63,902 nt of DNA, filler included, from 8 parts of 8 records of this genome joined end to end with filler, not necessarily neighbours in it; one strand, 5' to 3'; shown: positions 41,891 through 51,286, numbered from the whole stretch's first letter. The notes: generated by a model not told the origin, from the sequence alone. Program-made: numbers and translations.

Positions 41891-42803
41891 ATGTCGATAT
41901 CGGTTATGCCGCTATTTCTTTCCTTTACTTATTATCTGCTTTTGGGCCTGTTCGGGGTCAGCCTGATTCTTACGGTTAAGAAAAAAACGGATTCGGCTTT
42001 GGGGTGCCTAGCCGTCACCACAATATTAAATGGCGCTGTGATCTTTCTATTGATTGCTACGGAACACAGACTTCCCCTTTACGGTCACTTTGAGGGGAGT
42101 GTTTATATTCTTTTTATCGTCACTCTGTTGGAGATTTTGTTTCAAAGAGAGTATAGGGGGCGCCGGAAATGTGCGGGGGACGATTCCCTAAAAATGGAAA
42201 TCCAACCCTCACTAAAAAAAGCGAAGAATTGTCCGATGAGAAGATCCTCCCATCAATTCAACCAAAAACCTGCGGTGGTACTGCCCTTTTAGGCTTCGCT
42301 CTGCTCCTTTTCATCTTCCCGCAGCCCAAGGTATTCAATGATGATTTCTTCATGTACGGTAATCTTTGGGTCAATCTCTTTTTCAACCTTCGCTTGGCTG
42401 CAACAGCCATCTTTTGTCGGGCTGCGTTGATGTCTCTTGTCGGCATCTGGTCAGTAAATCGCTTGATACGCATCAAAGAAGAGATCGTCATGGATGGCGC
42501 TTCAAAAAACAATGGAAATCAGAAAAGATGGCGTAAGGATCCTACACTTTTTCAAGCTCGAAATCTGCTTTTGATGGGGCTTGCGGTTTTCTTTGCAGTG
42601 AATGGTCCGGTTCCTGGTGGTGCCTTAACTGGTTGGGGGATTCCTGGCGCTGGAGTAACACGTTTTTCAAAGCCGCCGTTGTTTTTATTTTGGTGATGCT
42701 GGCATGCCATCTTCCCCCGTCGTTGGCAAAATCCCTGAAAATTAAAGCATTGATCGGTACCTTTCCCATGCTGTTTTTACTCTGGACCCTCTACTTTCAT
42801 TGA
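41891..42803 (+). CDS. Divergent CcsA/ResC-like membrane protein; two one-base frameshifts (near 42215 and 42592)
   Basis: HRLPLYGHFE (CcsA-type P...E motif). Third frame, absent from the ORF track, reads CSEWSGSWWCLNWLGDSWRWSNTFFKAAVVFILVMLACHLP...TLYFH* (WWD-like domain plus His), stop at 42801-42803. Confidence 0.7.
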
Positions 42804-42823
42804 TTGATGGAGAAGGAAAAGTA

Positions 42824-43675
42824 ATGATTCGCAAACTGGCATCCATTAAACTGACATTCAGCTGTATTGTATCCTTGGGGTTTCTTCTGATGGTCGGCGT
42901 TTTCTTTTTCAACAATCCCGATTATCGCATCATCATTGAAGGGCTGAACGGCATGTTGCTGTTTGATTGGCTGGAACATCATTTGTGGACCCATGGCATG
43001 ATCTCCACCTGGGTTTTATTGATTTGCCTCACAGCACTGCTGTTGATGATCAATACCGTATGTTGTACTTTCTCAACCCTTTTGCCCATGGCTTTTAAAC
43101 GGCCCAATATTAAAAGATGGAGTTTTTTCGGCATTCATATTTTATTTCTGGTGGTGTTGTCATGCCACGGTGTCGCTCTGATCTGCGGGCACAAAGCGGA
43201 AGATATCACCCTTTTTCCCGGAGAATCCCATGCGCTGATCGATGATTTGACTCTGCAATTGATGGAAACCACCTATGTGGATGATATTGACATTCTTACC
43301 AAAGGGAAGAGAGAAAGCCGGAAATTGATGACTCGGAAGAGGTTTCATCATAACGAAAACAACGCGTTCGTTTCGCTGGTGAAAGGTGAAGAAAAAGTGG
43401 CATCAAAGAAAGTGCGCTTTCTTGATCCATTGGTTCATGGTACCTTGAGGGTGACGGTGACTCGGTTTTTACTGGAAAAGAGCGGAAAAAAGGAAATGAC
43501 GATAAAAAATCACTTGAAGAAGATAAATAGGGAGGGAGAGCGCTCTGGAAAAACTCAAGCAGTTGGAGCTGTTTTCACTGTTACCCGAAATCCGTTTACC
43601 TCAATTTTTTTTACGGCGTACGGACTGTTGATCCTTGCCATCGTCGGATTTATTTGGGCAACTCAAAAAGAGTAA
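42824..43675 (+). CDS. ResB/CcsB(Ccs1)-like membrane protein with a short periplasmic domain
   Basis: LASIKLT N-terminus, INTVCCT, FGIHILFLVVLSCHG (TM His), C-terminal VTRNPF + TM helix; follows the ccsA-like gene. Confidence 0.65.
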   Translation: MIRKLASIKLTFSCIVSLGFLLMVGVFFFNNPDYRIIIEGLNGMLLFDWLEHHLWTHGMISTWVLLICLTALLLMINTVCCTFSTLLPMAFKRPNIKRWSFFGIHILFLVVLSCHGVALICGHKAEDITLFPGESHALIDDLTLQLMETTYVDDIDILTKGKRESRKLMTRKRFHHNENNAFVSLVKGEEKVASKKVRFLDPLVHGTLRVTVTRFLLEKSGKKEMTIKNHLKKINREGERSGKTQAVGAVFTVTRNPFTSIFFTAYGLLILAIVGFIWATQKE

Positions 43676-43836
43676 AATTTGCATAGGAAGAAAAATTTGA
43701 AAATAATATTTGACAAAGAATCCTTTCTCCTATTGCAGGTGAGACCATGATTGTTCTTCGTTGCCGTTTAAGAAAATGGAAAAGGCAATGCCGGTGGTGA
43801 CACAGCCTTTTAAATAAGAATATTGGGGGAAGGTGT

Positions 43837-44475
43837 TTAGGATTGTTTTCTGATTATTCCGAAAAAACCAAGGAGACCCAATCCAAAAAGAATTGATGTT
43901 GAAGGTTCGGGCACTGCCGATTCGTGCACAGCCGGTCCTGAAACAAATCTACCAATAGCAAACCCTTCTGCAGTTGGATCTGCAGATATTGTGAACGATT
44001 GGATATCTATATCTGATACAAATCCAAAAAAATCGGCACCGGAATCCCCCACAACAGACTGTGATAGGGTTGAACCGTCATTAAGCTCCAGAGTGATGTC
44101 AAATTCCGAAAAGTTGTTTGGTTCAGCTTCAAATCCGAAGGAACGTAATCCAGAGGTAAATGTGCCAACAAATGAATCAATAGAAGAAGATAATACTTCC
44201 CCTGTATAGCCACCTGACCATGTAAGCCAACCTGATCCTATTTCTCGAACACTTAAATCAATACTGAAACTAAGATTGGTACCATATCCTATATCAAAAG
44301 CAGTATCTGCTGCCAATGTATCAAATGGTTCTCCGGGGTAATCAGTTGTTTCAATAAAGGAATCAACTGCTAATTCCCATAATGCCCTATCGTTATACAT
44401 AGTTGTGGCAAAAGCAATGTTCGACATGAGCATAAAAAATAAGATTAAATAAATACAATTTAAAATTTTTTTCAT
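43837..44475 (-). CDS. PEP-CTERM sorting-domain surface protein
   Basis: Signal peptide; C-terminal VPEPSTSILFGLGLLGFFGIIRKQS. Confidence 0.9.
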   Translation of the reverse strand: MKKILNCIYLILFFMLMSNIAFATTMYNDRALWELAVDSFIETTDYPGEPFDTLAADTAFDIGYGTNLSFSIDLSVREIGSGWLTWSGGYTGEVLSSSIDSFVGTFTSGLRSFGFEAEPNNFSEFDITLELNDGSTLSQSVVGDSGADFFGFVSDIDIQSFTISADPTAEGFAIGRFVSGPAVHESAVPEPSTSILFGLGLLGFFGIIRKQS

Positions 44476-44517
44476 AAAAACCCCTCTTAGTGTGCAGTGT
44501 TCAATTACATCCTTGTA

Positions 44518-44590
44518 TTAAATGCCCCGTAATCTTCCCATAAGATCCGCGGCTTTCCACCTTGCTTTTCGACAAATTTCGCTATTTATG
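44518..44590 (-). ncRNA. GEMM-I (c-di-GMP-I class) riboswitch-like leader, degenerate
   Basis: Minus strand: AGCGAAA-UUUGUC-GAAA-AGCAAG-GUGGAAAGCC-GCGG-AUCUU-AUGGG-AAGAU-UACGGGGC. P2 has a GAAA tetraloop, then the GGAAAGCC junction and a P3 hairpin; lies between a sigma-54 promoter and the PEP-CTERM gene. Confidence 0.62.
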
Positions 44591-44593
44591 ACT

Positions 44594-44609
44594 AGCAAAA
44601 TTTGTGCCT
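44594..44609 (-). promoter_or_regulatory. Sigma-54 (-24/-12) promoter of the PEP-CTERM gene
   Basis: Minus strand AGGCAC-AAATT-TTGCT matches TGGCAC-N5-TTGCW with correct spacing. Confidence 0.8.
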
Positions 44610-44725
44610 TTAAAATATTATACATGTAAACACAAAACTACGGTTTTTATCCTCAAAAGTGGGGAAATGATTAATAGCGAATTTGCCATGTCTGACTTTT
44701 TTTATATGAAAGTCTGCGCAAACCG

Positions 44726-44825
44726 NNNNNNNNNNNNNNNNNNNNNNNNNNNNNNNNNNNNNNNNNNNNTTAATTAATTAANNNNNNNNNNNNNNNNNNN
44801 NNNNNNNNNNNNNNNNNNNNNNNNN
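44726..44825. other. Artificial contig spacer 6
   Basis: N44-TTAATTAATTAA-N44. Confidence 0.98.
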
Positions 44826-44855
44826 AGGGGTCTTTTTTATGTTTTCGGGATTCAT
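44826..44855 (-). CDS. First 10 codons of a divergent gene (MNPENIKKTP), possibly a GntR/FadR regulator
   Basis: AGGAG RBS plus ATG at 44855, open to the contig edge. The family is a guess from the IKKTP start and the divergent position. Confidence 0.4.
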
Positions 44856-44895
44856 GAAAACCACTCCTCTTTTTTTGTAATTGTATTATATTTAT

Positions 44896-44923
44896 ATGAT
44901 ACCACTTACATGATACCACTTAC
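44896..44923. repeat. Perfect 14-bp tandem repeat ATGATACCACTTAC x2
   Basis: Copies at 44896-44909 and 44910-44923 in the divergent promoter region. Confidence 0.9.
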
Positions 44924-44960
44924 GCATGTTGAAAACAAGTTTTAATTAATAAAAATTTAC

Positions 44961-44989
44961 TTGACAATTAGAAAAAAGACTCTTATAAT
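44961..44989 (+). promoter_or_regulatory. Consensus sigma-A promoter of the gcl-like operon
   Basis: TTGACA-N17-TATAAT exact match. Confidence 0.85.
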
Positions 44990-45040
44990 TGTAATTAATG
45001 AAAGTCAATTTCAATAAATAAAATGGAGCACTTAATAAAA

Positions 45041-46717
45041 ATGAAAAAAATAGCTGAAGTTGTGGTTGAAATTTTGAAAGTAGAAGGAATTAAAAATGCG
45101 TTTGGCATACCTGGGGCAGGTATTAATCCTGTATATAAGTATTTAAAGAGTAGTAGCATAAAGCACTATACCATGAGACATGAAGAAGCATGTGTTCATG
45201 CGGCAGATGGTCACTATAGATCAAGTGGCGAAATGGCAGTGGCAATCTGTACATCAGGACCCGGCGCTACGAACTTTGTAACAGGGTTGTATACAGCGAA
45301 CGTTGATTCGATACCTTTGATAGCGATCACTGGGCAGAGTGTAACATCACTTTTTGGAAAAGATGCGTTCCAGTGTGTTGACATAGCTGACATTGCAAAG
45401 ACAGTATGCAAAAAAACATGGTGTGTTACGGATGCAAACGAACTTCCAGCAATCATGAAGGAAGCTTTTCACTTGGCTAAAAGTGGAAAGCCGGGGCCTG
45501 TTCTTATAGATTTACCTTTGGATGTCCAAATGACAGAAATTGATTTTTCCGAAACAGAATATAAACCTATAGAGAAAGAAAAAGTACTTCCTGACAAAAG
45601 CAAAATTGCCGCTGCCATTGACTTGATAAAGCAGGCTAAAAACCCCGTTATGATAATGGGTGGTGGAGTAGTACTCTCAGGGGGCGAAAAGGAGTGTGTA
45701 GAGCTTGCCGTATGTTTGCAGATTCCAGTTATCCCGACTTATATGGCAAAAGGAGCAATACCGGAAATGCATCCTTTGAACGCAGGGCATATGGGCATAC
45801 AGGTAGGTGGTCCGATGGGTAACAAAACATTTTTGGAATCCGATGTAGTGATTGGCATAGGATGCCGTTTCACAGACAGACATACAGGAGATCTTGATGT
45901 ATATGCGGGAAACAGAAAGTTTATCCATATAAACATTGAACCCAAAGAAATTGGGAAATTGGTTAAGCCTGAAATCGGGATTGTATCCGATGCCAAGGAG
46001 GCTATAACAGCTTTACTTGAAGAAGCCAACAAGGAAAAGGTGTGTTGGATCTCTGCAGATAGAGTAAAAAATCTGCCGGCAGAAAAAGAAAAACTTAAAC
46101 GTAGAATGGATTTTGGCAACAAGCCGATTAAACCGCAAAAGATATTCCGCGAACTTAACAAAGCCTTTGACGATGATACAATTTTCACAACAGGATGCGG
46201 ACTGGTTCAGATTTGGTCTGGACAGTTTCAGACTATAAACAAACCGATGAGATATCTGCCGTCAGGCGGTGCAGGTACATTGGGCTTTGATATACCTGCC
46301 GCTATTGGCGCAGTAGTAGGCGATAAAATGCAAAACAAAGCAGTTTGTGTGATGGGAGACTTTGGTTTTACTTTTCTTGTTGAAGAGCTTGCTGTTGCCG
46401 CAAAACATAATCTTCCAATAATAATTGTAATACTCAATAATGCATATCTATCTCTTATTCGCCAAAATCAGAAGTATGCATACAATTACGAATGTGCGGT
46501 GGCAATGGAAGAAAATCAAAATGGACTGATTGACTACGTAAAAGTATCAGAAGGTTTTGGGTGTACGGCAGAAAGGGTTACTGAACCGGATGAAATCCAG
46601 ATGGCATTAGAAAGGGCAATAAAGTCAGATAGGCCGTATGTAATTGATATAATATGTGAAAAGGAAACAGATGGTTCAATGGGTAACTCTATTGATACAG
46701 TAAAAGAATACCAATAA
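45041..46717 (+). CDS. gcl: ThDP-dependent enzyme, glyoxylate carboligase-like
   Basis: GIPGAGINPVY, GLYTA..DSIPLIAITGQ, AFQCVDI, RFTDRHTG, GDFGF, NNAYLSLIRQ, C-terminal MGNSIDTVKEY, all resembling Gcl. Alternative start at 45023. Confidence 0.72.
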   Translation: MKKIAEVVVEILKVEGIKNAFGIPGAGINPVYKYLKSSSIKHYTMRHEEACVHAADGHYRSSGEMAVAICTSGPGATNFVTGLYTANVDSIPLIAITGQSVTSLFGKDAFQCVDIADIAKTVCKKTWCVTDANELPAIMKEAFHLAKSGKPGPVLIDLPLDVQMTEIDFSETEYKPIEKEKVLPDKSKIAAAIDLIKQAKNPVMIMGGGVVLSGGEKECVELAVCLQIPVIPTYMAKGAIPEMHPLNAGHMGIQVGGPMGNKTFLESDVVIGIGCRFTDRHTGDLDVYAGNRKFIHINIEPKEIGKLVKPEIGIVSDAKEAITALLEEANKEKVCWISADRVKNLPAEKEKLKRRMDFGNKPIKPQKIFRELNKAFDDDTIFTTGCGLVQIWSGQFQTINKPMRYLPSGGAGTLGFDIPAAIGAVVGDKMQNKAVCVMGDFGFTFLVEELAVAAKHNLPIIIVILNNAYLSLIRQNQKYAYNYECAVAMEENQNGLIDYVKVSEGFGCTAERVTEPDEIQMALERAIKSDRPYVIDIICEKETDGSMGNSIDTVKEYQ

Positions 46718-46729
46718 AAAGGAAAAACA

Positions 46730-47639
46730 ATGAACTCAAACATAAAGAAATTCATCAAAATAGGGCTTATCCACTTCATGGCGTATCCTGAAACGATAAG
46801 AGGTGAAGGCCCGATAGAAGAGACGATAAAGCGTATAGCTGAAGACGACTATTTTGACGTGGTTGAAGTCACATGGATAAAAGAAGGCGCAGTCAGAAGC
46901 TTCGTAAAGAAGATGATAGACATATCGGCAATGGAAGTGTATTACGGAGCACAGCCGAGACTTTTGATCACAGGAGATAACCCCAATGCAATAGTCGAAG
47001 CAAGAGAGGCTTGCGGCGCTTAACAATCTTAAAGCCGGAATAGACGAAGCAGCGGAAATAGGTGCCAAAGGCTTTGCGTTCCTTTCGGGAAAGTACGAAG
47101 AAGCAACAAAAGATGAAGCATTTGAAGCGCTGATAAAAACCACTGTGGAGCTTTGTGAATATGCAAAAGAAAAAGGAGTGCCCAAAGTGGCACTTGAAGT
47201 GTTTGATTATGATGTGGATAAGTGCTCGTTGATAGGTCCTGTGGCTCTAGGTAAGAAGTTTGCGGAAGCGGTATGTAAGAAAGTTGACAACTTCGGTCTT
47301 ATGGTTGATTTGTCACACCTGCCCCTATTAAGAGAAACAGCGGAAGAATCTCTTACACCGATAAAAGATTACATAATCCACGCTCATATGGGTAATGCAG
47401 TTGTAAAAGAAGGGCTGCCAGCATACGGTGATGAACATCCGAGATTCGGATTTCCAAATGGTTCAAATGATGTAGATGAGTTGGTTGAGTATCTTCGGGT
47501 ACTTATTGACATAGGATACATCAAAGAAGGTGAACCGAAAGTAATAAGTTTTGAAGTGAAACCGCTCGGAGACGAAGATTCGGAATTAGTGATAGCAAAC
47601 GCGAAAAGGACACTGAACCGCGCATGGGCGAAGCTGTAG
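46730..47639 (+). CDS. Xylose isomerase-like TIM-barrel sugar phosphate isomerase/epimerase; frameshift near 47002
   Basis: LEVFD, DLSH, HAHMGN, DEHPRFG and SFEVKP metal ligands. Removing one A joins ...VEA to ERLAALNNLKAGIDEAAEIGA...TVELC. Confidence 0.8.
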
Positions 47640-47648
47640 GAGAATAAA

Positions 47649-48605
47649 ATGAAGATAACAGTACTAGACGGATATACACTGAACCCGGGAGATTTAAGTT
47701 GGGGTAATCTTGAAACACTCGGAGATGTAACGGTGTACGATCGTACACCCGAAGATAAGATAATAGAGCGTATAGGAGATTCGGATGCAATATACACAAA
47801 CAAAACACCAATTACAAATGAGATACTTGACGCATGTCCGAGCATAAAGTTCATAGGAGTTCTTGCGACAGGATATAATATAGTGAATGTGAACGCTGCA
47901 AAAGAACGGGGAATACCTGTATGCAATGTTCCAACCTATGGCACAATGGCAGTGAGCCAATTTGTTTTCGCACTGCTTTTGGAGATGTGCCATCATGTAT
48001 GGGAACATAATCTTATAGTAAAGAAAGGAGACTGGACAAATAACCTTGATTGGTGTTTCTGGAGCTATCCACTAATGGAACTTGAGGGCAAAACAATGGG
48101 GATAATAGGTTACGGTAAAATAGGTCAGGCAACAGGAAAAATAGCACAGGCATTTGGAATGAAAGTATTAGCATTTGACAAGTATCAAAATAAAGAACTT
48201 GAAAGCGAAACAATGCAGTATACAGACCTTAATACATTGCTTCAAGAGTCGGATGTAATAAGCCTGCACTGCCCGCTTTTCCCGGATACGGAAAAAATAA
48301 TGAATAAGCAAAACATCGCAAAGTGTAAAGATGGAGTAATCATAATAAACACATCAAGGGGTGGCCTTGTGGTAGAAGAAGATATGGCTGAAATGTTAAA
48401 GAGAGGCAAGGTATTAGGTTTTGCGGCAGATGTTGTGTCTACTGAGCCTATAAAGATGGATAATTTGTTGCTTGGTGCACCTAATACTATATTGACGCCA
48501 CACATTGCTTGGGCACCAAAGGAGAGCAGAGAAAGACTTCTAAACATTGCGATAAACAATCTTAAGTCTTTCATAACAGGGAAAATTATAAACCGAGTAA
48601 ATTGA
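47649..48605 (+). CDS. D-2-hydroxyacid dehydrogenase (glycerate dehydrogenase/hydroxypyruvate reductase-like)
   Basis: LDGYTLNPGDLSW, LATGYN, GYGKIG, SLHCPL, INTSRG, TPHIAWA. Confidence 0.88.
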   Translation: MKITVLDGYTLNPGDLSWGNLETLGDVTVYDRTPEDKIIERIGDSDAIYTNKTPITNEILDACPSIKFIGVLATGYNIVNVNAAKERGIPVCNVPTYGTMAVSQFVFALLLEMCHHVWEHNLIVKKGDWTNNLDWCFWSYPLMELEGKTMGIIGYGKIGQATGKIAQAFGMKVLAFDKYQNKELESETMQYTDLNTLLQESDVISLHCPLFPDTEKIMNKQNIAKCKDGVIIINTSRGGLVVEEDMAEMLKRGKVLGFAADVVSTEPIKMDNLLLGAPNTILTPHIAWAPKESRERLLNIAINNLKSFITGKIINRVN

Positions 48606-48704
48606 ATGTATATAACAGCTTTAGTTTATGTGCTACATGATAGAGAAAATAAGTAGTGCAAGCGTACTACACGTAATAGACAATGAAGGGAGATATAAGC
48701 AGAT

Positions 48705-49709
48705 ATGAACACTAAAAATCTTGCAATTATTGGATGTACAGATATTTTGTACAATTATGTTTTTAACGGTTTTAAAAACTTACCAATAGAAGTTAAAGCG
48801 ATATCCTCAAGCAATGAAAAAAATATTGAGCGATTTTCCCGTATATATGCGCGAGGAAAAGTATATTTAGATTACCATGAAATGCTTAGGATAGAAAAAC
48901 CAGATATTGTTGTATCATTTCCCGATGATGATGATATGCAGTTTGAAGCAGCCAGAGATAGTCTGAAGTCTGGTGCATGGGTTTTCTCTGAGCGACCCAT
49001 AAGTGATAGTATAAAAGAAATAGATGAATTGATACAACTGCAAAAAGAAACTGGTAGATTTATTATCCCCCGCTATAACAGAAGATATATGCCAGCTTAT
49101 GTTTTGGCGAAAGAAACATTAGCTCAAGGGAAATTAGGTTCAAACAGGATTTATTATAATAAATTCCATGCTTCAGCATACGGTACAGAAAAATTATTTA
49201 TTTGGAATCATATGAGCCATTTATTGGATTTAGCACGATTCATACTTGGCGAAATAACAATCACTCATTTGCAACGTACTTTTATAAGCGATTCATACAT
49301 AGTATATGATATTACAATTATGAGCGAAGACGGATGCATAGGTACTATTCAGGCTTGTTCTACCGCATGCAATAATTATCCGATAGAGAGAATGGAGCTT
49401 CATGGTGACATAAACAGTCTTATAATCGATAATCAGTTAGATTTACAATACAATAGAGAAATAGAAAACAAATTTAGTATTGAAAATATGAATCTTAATG
49501 AGAAACAATTTTGCCTGCGGTGGAAGCCGAATACTAATCATCTTTTTAATTATTCGATAGATGGAATGGAAAATTTATTTATTCACATGCTTAACTGTAT
49601 GAAAATACAAATTAAACCCAAGCAGGAAATGGAGGATTTAAAGCAAACATTATTGCTGACCAAGCGTTTGGAGCAACTTGCACAAGGGCTAGGTGAGAGT
49701 TATGAATAA
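48705..49709 (+). CDS. Divergent Gfo/Idh/MocA family oxidoreductase
   Basis: LAIIGC start, EKPDIV, SERPI (EKP variant), YNRRYMPAY, HMSHLLDL. Confidence 0.7.
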   Translation: MNTKNLAIIGCTDILYNYVFNGFKNLPIEVKAISSSNEKNIERFSRIYARGKVYLDYHEMLRIEKPDIVVSFPDDDDMQFEAARDSLKSGAWVFSERPISDSIKEIDELIQLQKETGRFIIPRYNRRYMPAYVLAKETLAQGKLGSNRIYYNKFHASAYGTEKLFIWNHMSHLLDLARFILGEITITHLQRTFISDSYIVYDITIMSEDGCIGTIQACSTACNNYPIERMELHGDINSLIIDNQLDLQYNREIENKFSIENMNLNEKQFCLRWKPNTNHLFNYSIDGMENLFIHMLNCMKIQIKPKQEMEDLKQTLLLTKRLEQLAQGLGESYE

Positions 49710-50322
49710 TTATTTCTATACTGTTCTGATTGTAGGGCAACTGATGACTGATAAGTTTAAATATCCAAATGAAAAAAGAGAAACGATATGCACATCGACA
49801 TTAATACAAAATGATAAAATTAAAATCCTTGTTGACCCCGGTTGGCATGACGACAAGATACAAAGCGCTTTAAAGGCTCACAAGATAGTACCTGAAGATA
49901 TTGATATGATTTACTTTACCCATCTTCACCCCGATCATATCAGGTCGGCTAGATTATTCAATCATGCAAAGTGGTTTACTTATTGGAAGGAAAAGGAGAT
50001 ATGGGAGGGCAAGACTGCTGCTGAAGATATTGATATTCTGGATAACACCTTGACAATAAAAAAATCATTGGTGCAGGATATTCAAATCCTCGAGACGTTT
50101 GGACATACATATGGACATACAAGTGTGGTGTTTAACAGCGAAAATGGAAGGATTCTTGTAGCGGGAGACGCTGTTCTAACCAAAGATTATTATAAACACA
50201 AAGAGGTGCATCCGAATTCACAAAACAGGGAAATGGCAATAAATACTCTTGGACTTATTGGAAATTATGCGGATGTAATTATACCCGGGCATGACGCCCC
50301 GTTTAGAGAGGTGATTTTATGA
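49702..50322 (+). CDS. Metallo-beta-lactamase fold hydrolase
   Basis: VDPG, THLHPDH, GHTYGH, AGDA, PGHD. Confidence 0.88.
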   Translation: MNNYFYTVLIVGQLMTDKFKYPNEKRETICTSTLIQNDKIKILVDPGWHDDKIQSALKAHKIVPEDIDMIYFTHLHPDHIRSARLFNHAKWFTYWKEKEIWEGKTAAEDIDILDNTLTIKKSLVQDIQILETFGHTYGHTSVVFNSENGRILVAGDAVLTKDYYKHKEVHPNSQNREMAINTLGLIGNYADVIIPGHDAPFREVIL

Positions 50323-51194
50323 AATATAACATATTAGGTAAAACCGGTTTAAAGATATCGGAAATCGGCTTTGGAACAGTTCCCCTCGGAGTTAAGGATT
50401 ATAATGAAGTGTGGGATCCTATTTCGGATTCATGCATTAGCAGCGCAAATGATGCTTTGAATACCGCCTTGGATCTTGGTATAAATCTGATTGACACGGC
50501 ACCTATGTATGGGGATGGTTTGTCTGAAAAGATTGTTGCCAAATGCATTAAGAAACGGCGCTCGGAGTTCATTTTGGCGACAAAGATATCCGCACCAATA
50601 AAGGGGTGGAATGATATAAGCATAGCCCATGTGGAAAATGAATTAAAAAACAGCTTGGTTCGATTGGAAACCGATTATATTGACATATACCAGCTCCATG
50701 GAGATACATGGAGCCCTGAAGAAGCTGAAACAGTATTAAATAGTGAAGCAATGGGTTATATTTCTAATCTCAAGAAAAGGGGAGTAATTAGATATATGGG
50801 AGTAACTTCAGAATCTCCCCAATCCGTATTGCCCTTTATCAAAAGCGGTTTATTTGATACCATCCAAATTAAATATAATATCATTTATCAGGAAGCTTAC
50901 CATTCTATATTACATTTAGCTGAGAATTTAGGCATCGGCGTATTATTAATGAGACCCTTGACTAGCGGAATATTTCAAAAATCCCTAAAAGTACTTTGTG
51001 AAGATAAAATAGATTGCAATCTAAATGAAGTGGCGTTGAAATATGTTTTGTCTGACTCCAGAGTGGATTGTGCAATTATCGGCATGAGAAGAAGTGAAGA
51101 GGTGAAACAGAATGTAAGCTTATCGGAAGGATATATAAACAGATGCAATTTGGACAAGTTGCATTCGAGGAATGTAGAAGACAACGACTTATGA
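50319..51194 (+). CDS. Aldo/keto reductase
   Basis: LGKTGLKISEIGFG, DTAPMYG, ATK, DYIDIYQLH. Confidence 0.92.
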   Translation: MKYNILGKTGLKISEIGFGTVPLGVKDYNEVWDPISDSCISSANDALNTALDLGINLIDTAPMYGDGLSEKIVAKCIKKRRSEFILATKISAPIKGWNDISIAHVENELKNSLVRLETDYIDIYQLHGDTWSPEEAETVLNSEAMGYISNLKKRGVIRYMGVTSESPQSVLPFIKSGLFDTIQIKYNIIYQEAYHSILHLAENLGIGVLLMRPLTSGIFQKSLKVLCEDKIDCNLNEVALKYVLSDSRVDCAIIGMRRSEEVKQNVSLSEGYINRCNLDKLHSRNVEDNDL

Positions 51195-51286
51195 ACGCTG
51201 GACCGAGTGTTATTAAAAGAAGGTCATAAACCGGTAAAGTGAGAGCCGGTGAAATTTTGACTAACAAACACAGAGGTATATGAATA

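Noticed and set aside
31768-43675. Functional link between selD/selU and the TonB/CcsA-like locus
   Set aside because: Separated by the artificial spacer at 33555-33654 and apparently from different organisms.
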